The notes beneath the pieces were generated by a model that saw only the letters and a list, made by a program, of their open reading frames with translations, was not told where the DNA came from and did no database searches. Made by a program: the position numbers and the translations under genes. A DNA stretch of 18,958 bases, from assembly GCA_044869275.1 (NCBI GenBank), contig JBIOXB010000226.1:1-18958 (forward strand). Direction: 5' to 3'. The stretch comes from a bacterium (GTDB lineage Bacteria; Zhuqueibacterota; Zhuqueibacteria; Zhuqueibacterales; Zhuqueibacteraceae). Of this stretch, positions 16,641 through 18,958 are shown one piece after another; position 1 is the first letter of the stretch, and each line of letters opens with the position of its first letter.

Positions 16641-17045
16641 CTACTTCTTATACACCGCCCCCGCCACGGCGCCGGCAATCACGCACCCTATAATACCCAC
16701 GATGGTCATGGCCCACGCCAGTCCATATGGGAAATTGGCAATGATGAGGTGATTGAAGAGCATGCCCGGAAAAAACGCGAACACGCCGGCATAGAGCCCA
16801 AACGTCGCGCCCGCTTTAGGACCTCCGCCGAAACTGCCGTAGACGCGATCATACACCCAAACAAAAACGAATCCGGCGACCAGGTCGCCGATCACGAACC
16901 AATGCATGGGCGCGTCCTGCCGCATCAAATTGGTCAGCTTGGAATAGTACATGCCTTGCAGGATTTGCCCGTGCGCCACGAAGTCATACACATTCCAGGC
17001 CACGCCGACCGCCAGGGCGGCAACAAGATACTTCTTCACGTTCAT
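16641..17045 (-). CDS. Small integral membrane protein (about 4 TM helices), function unknown; possibly DUF1761-like
   Basis: 134 aa with four hydrophobic segments, a 'G..FG...G' helix and a C-terminal 'AGAVAGAVYKK'. Very strong GGAGGAGG Shine-Dalgarno. Confidence 0.85.
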   Translation of the reverse strand: MNVKKYLVAALAVGVAWNVYDFVAHGQILQGMYYSKLTNLMRQDAPMHWFVIGDLVAGFVFVWVYDRVYGSFGGGPKAGATFGLYAGVFAFFPGMLFNHLIIANFPYGLAWAMTIVGIIGCVIAGAVAGAVYKK

Positions 17046-17283
17046 GATAGGACCTCCTCCGTTGGTTAAGAAATGGGGTGAATTGAAGTCAATAAAACCT
17101 CATTGACAACATTGAAAAGGGAGTCCTACCCAATTTTGCGACAGGAAACGTTGGTGGTTTGATGAAAGTGCTCGCGTTACAACGATCTTGCGATAGTTCT
17201 GACCTTGGATAGCAAGAATCTATTTAACACAAAATTCGTTAAAGTCAAGCCTCTCGAAATTAGCTCGAACAGCTGGCTTGCGC

Positions 17284-18351
17284 TCATTTCGTCAAAGACT
17301 TTGTGCTGGAAATTTCCCGCAAGCTGCTTTCCACGGCTGCAAAAACTTGATCGACGGGCAATTTCAGCATGCAATCATGCGTTACAATTCTGCAGGTCAA
17401 ACCGTTGCAACCCAGGCAAGGTAAACCGGCTTTCAACACAATCTTGTGGCCGTCGCCCCAAGGGCCCTGCAAATCCGGTCGTGTGGGGCCGAAAATTGCC
17501 ACCACGGGAGTGGAGACAGCCGCAGCTAAATGCATGGGCCCGGAATCATTCGCCACCAGCAAATCCATACGCGCCAGCAGCGCTGCAAGCTGCGGCAAAG
17601 TCGTGGTAGGCGCAAGCACGGGGGAGATTTTCATCAGACCGGCTATTTGATTGGCTTCTTCCCATTCCCCCGGCCCCCATAAGAGAATGACCCTTGCCCC
17701 GCATTCCTTCTGCAAGCGGTCGCCCAGTTCGGCAAATGCTGGCATTGGCCAACGCTTGGTGTACCAGCCGCCAAAGGCATTGAATCCGATCACAGATGAA
17801 TATGATTCCAATTGCTGTTCCTGCCAGAAGTGCTCGATAAAGGCCGCCGCGTCATTGGCAATGGGCAAGGCCGGCTTATGGGTGATGATGGGCACGGACA
17901 GCGCGCGCAGGACATCCAAATTGAATTCTACGGCGTGCAGCCGGTCGCCGCGCGGCTCGACAATGCAATTGTAAGCATGCCTCCTGCCGCGAAAATTGAA
18001 GCCGATGCGCCGGGGCGCGCCGCTCAGCAAGGTCAGCACCGCCGTGCGCGGATTGCCGAAGAGATCAATGACCCAATCGTAACGCCGCGCGCGCACGTGT
18101 TGCACGAATTGCCAATATGCACGCGCGTGCCCCAGTGGCGGCAGCTTTTTCCAGCCTTGGTGGGTGAAGACAATGACTTCGTGAAGGGCGGGATGATTTT
18201 GTAAGAGTGGCGCGCTCGGGGGCTCGGTGAGGTAGTCGATTTCTGCCTGCGGAAAAGCGCTGCGTAAATTGTCGAGCAGGGGCGCCGTCAAAATCACGTC
18301 GCCCATGCCGCGCAGGCGCATTAACAAGATTCTTGCAGGCGGAGAGGGCAT
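17284..18351 (-). CDS. GT9 ADP-heptose:LPS heptosyltransferase (WaaF/WaaQ-like)
   Basis: RILLMRLRGMGDVIL, 'TKRWP', 'NDSGPMHLAAAVSTPVVAIFGPT' and a C-terminal C-x2-C...C...CM motif. Confidence 0.93.
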   Translation of the reverse strand: MPSPPARILLMRLRGMGDVILTAPLLDNLRSAFPQAEIDYLTEPPSAPLLQNHPALHEVIVFTHQGWKKLPPLGHARAYWQFVQHVRARRYDWVIDLFGNPRTAVLTLLSGAPRRIGFNFRGRRHAYNCIVEPRGDRLHAVEFNLDVLRALSVPIITHKPALPIANDAAAFIEHFWQEQQLESYSSVIGFNAFGGWYTKRWPMPAFAELGDRLQKECGARVILLWGPGEWEEANQIAGLMKISPVLAPTTTLPQLAALLARMDLLVANDSGPMHLAAAVSTPVVAIFGPTRPDLQGPWGDGHKIVLKAGLPCLGCNGLTCRIVTHDCMLKLPVDQVFAAVESSLREISSTKSLTK

Positions 18352-18509
18352 TGGTTCGCAGGAATGATAACGGGAAAGCTATTGAGTTCGCCAGCAACAG
18401 GCATTGTCGCTCCGCGCCTGTGGGATTCGGTTAGCGTTTGAGATTTCATGAAGGCTCGCCTGCGCATGGTTATGACCGTCAACTCGTGGTCGTTCGCCTG
18501 CGCCGGCTC

Positions 18510-18958
18510 CTATGGGGTCTTCAATTCCACACGAAAAACTTGCGAAGGATAAATCGTAGAGCCGTACACAAACCCCTGCGGGCCGAGGTCCATGCTGGTC
18601 ACGGCAAATTTGTGAAAGAGGTGTGTGTTGGCGCTCAGCTCGCCGCCGGCGGCGATTTTTGCGGCGCGTACATAACCTAAGAAAACGTCGTTAAAAAGCA
18701 AGCGGCCATTCAAAAGATTGTTGTAGGGATCGTCGCCCGCACTCTCGTAAATCACGCCGAGCGCCAGGGCGTGGCGCAGCTCGCCCACGGGCTCGGGATT
18801 TTCCAATTGATAGGTGGGGTCATTATGGCCAACCGCCAAAATCGGATTCCGAAATTCGGCGCGGTCGCAGACGCCCTCGCACTCCGGCCAGCCGAAATTG
18901 GCGCGGCCGCCTGCATAGAAATTGAGCTCTTCAAAGTGATTCATGCCCACGTCGCTAA
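18510..18958 (-). CDS. C-terminal part of a glucose/sorbosone (PQQ-dependent sugar) dehydrogenase-like beta-propeller protein, truncated by the window edge
   Basis: The frame is open to the right edge. 'SDVGMNHFEELN...GRANFGWPECEG' matches the DVG..x.EE.N...NYGWP signature, and the end reads 'GPQGFVY'. Confidence 0.7.
   Translation of the reverse strand, partial: SDVGMNHFEELNFYAGGRANFGWPECEGVCDRAEFRNPILAVGHNDPTYQLENPEPVGELRHALALGVIYESAGDDPYNNLLNGRLLFNDVFLGYVRAAKIAAGGELSANTHLFHKFAVTSMDLGPQGFVYGSTIYPSQVFRVELKTP

Overview
A GC-rich bacterial chromosomal window dominated by cell-envelope and secreted-hydrolase genes. A T9SS-like 'YQNHPNPFNP' C-terminal tail and a TPR-DUF4292 lipoprotein pair suggest an FCB-group lineage such as KSB1, Calditrichota or Ignavibacteriota (inference). 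In order: the 3' end of an upstream gene; a secreted GHL10/YngK-like glycosyl hydrolase with FN3 repeats and a sorting tail (-); a TPR lipoprotein, a DUF4292-like lipoprotein and an ArnC/DPM1-like GT2 (+); an MNT-HEPN toxin-antitoxin pair inserted antisense with its own promoter; a GT2 and an NAD-dependent epimerase (+); a terminator followed by a composite REP/MITE-like repeat; a GH127 and an M1 aminopeptidase (-); an orphan PAS-HisKA-HATPase protein (+); a small membrane protein, a GT9 heptosyltransferase and a partial glucose/sorbosone dehydrogenase-like gene (-). The most notable item is the PAS protein, an intact ORF whose phospho-His (H->Q) and N, G1, F and G2 ATP-binding motifs are all degenerate, making it a likely pseudo-histidine kinase. 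Also notable are the antisense MNT-HEPN cassette with an RX4NXY motif and the tandem MITE-like elements carrying different REP-type hairpins. All calls come from reading motifs by eye; no searches were run.
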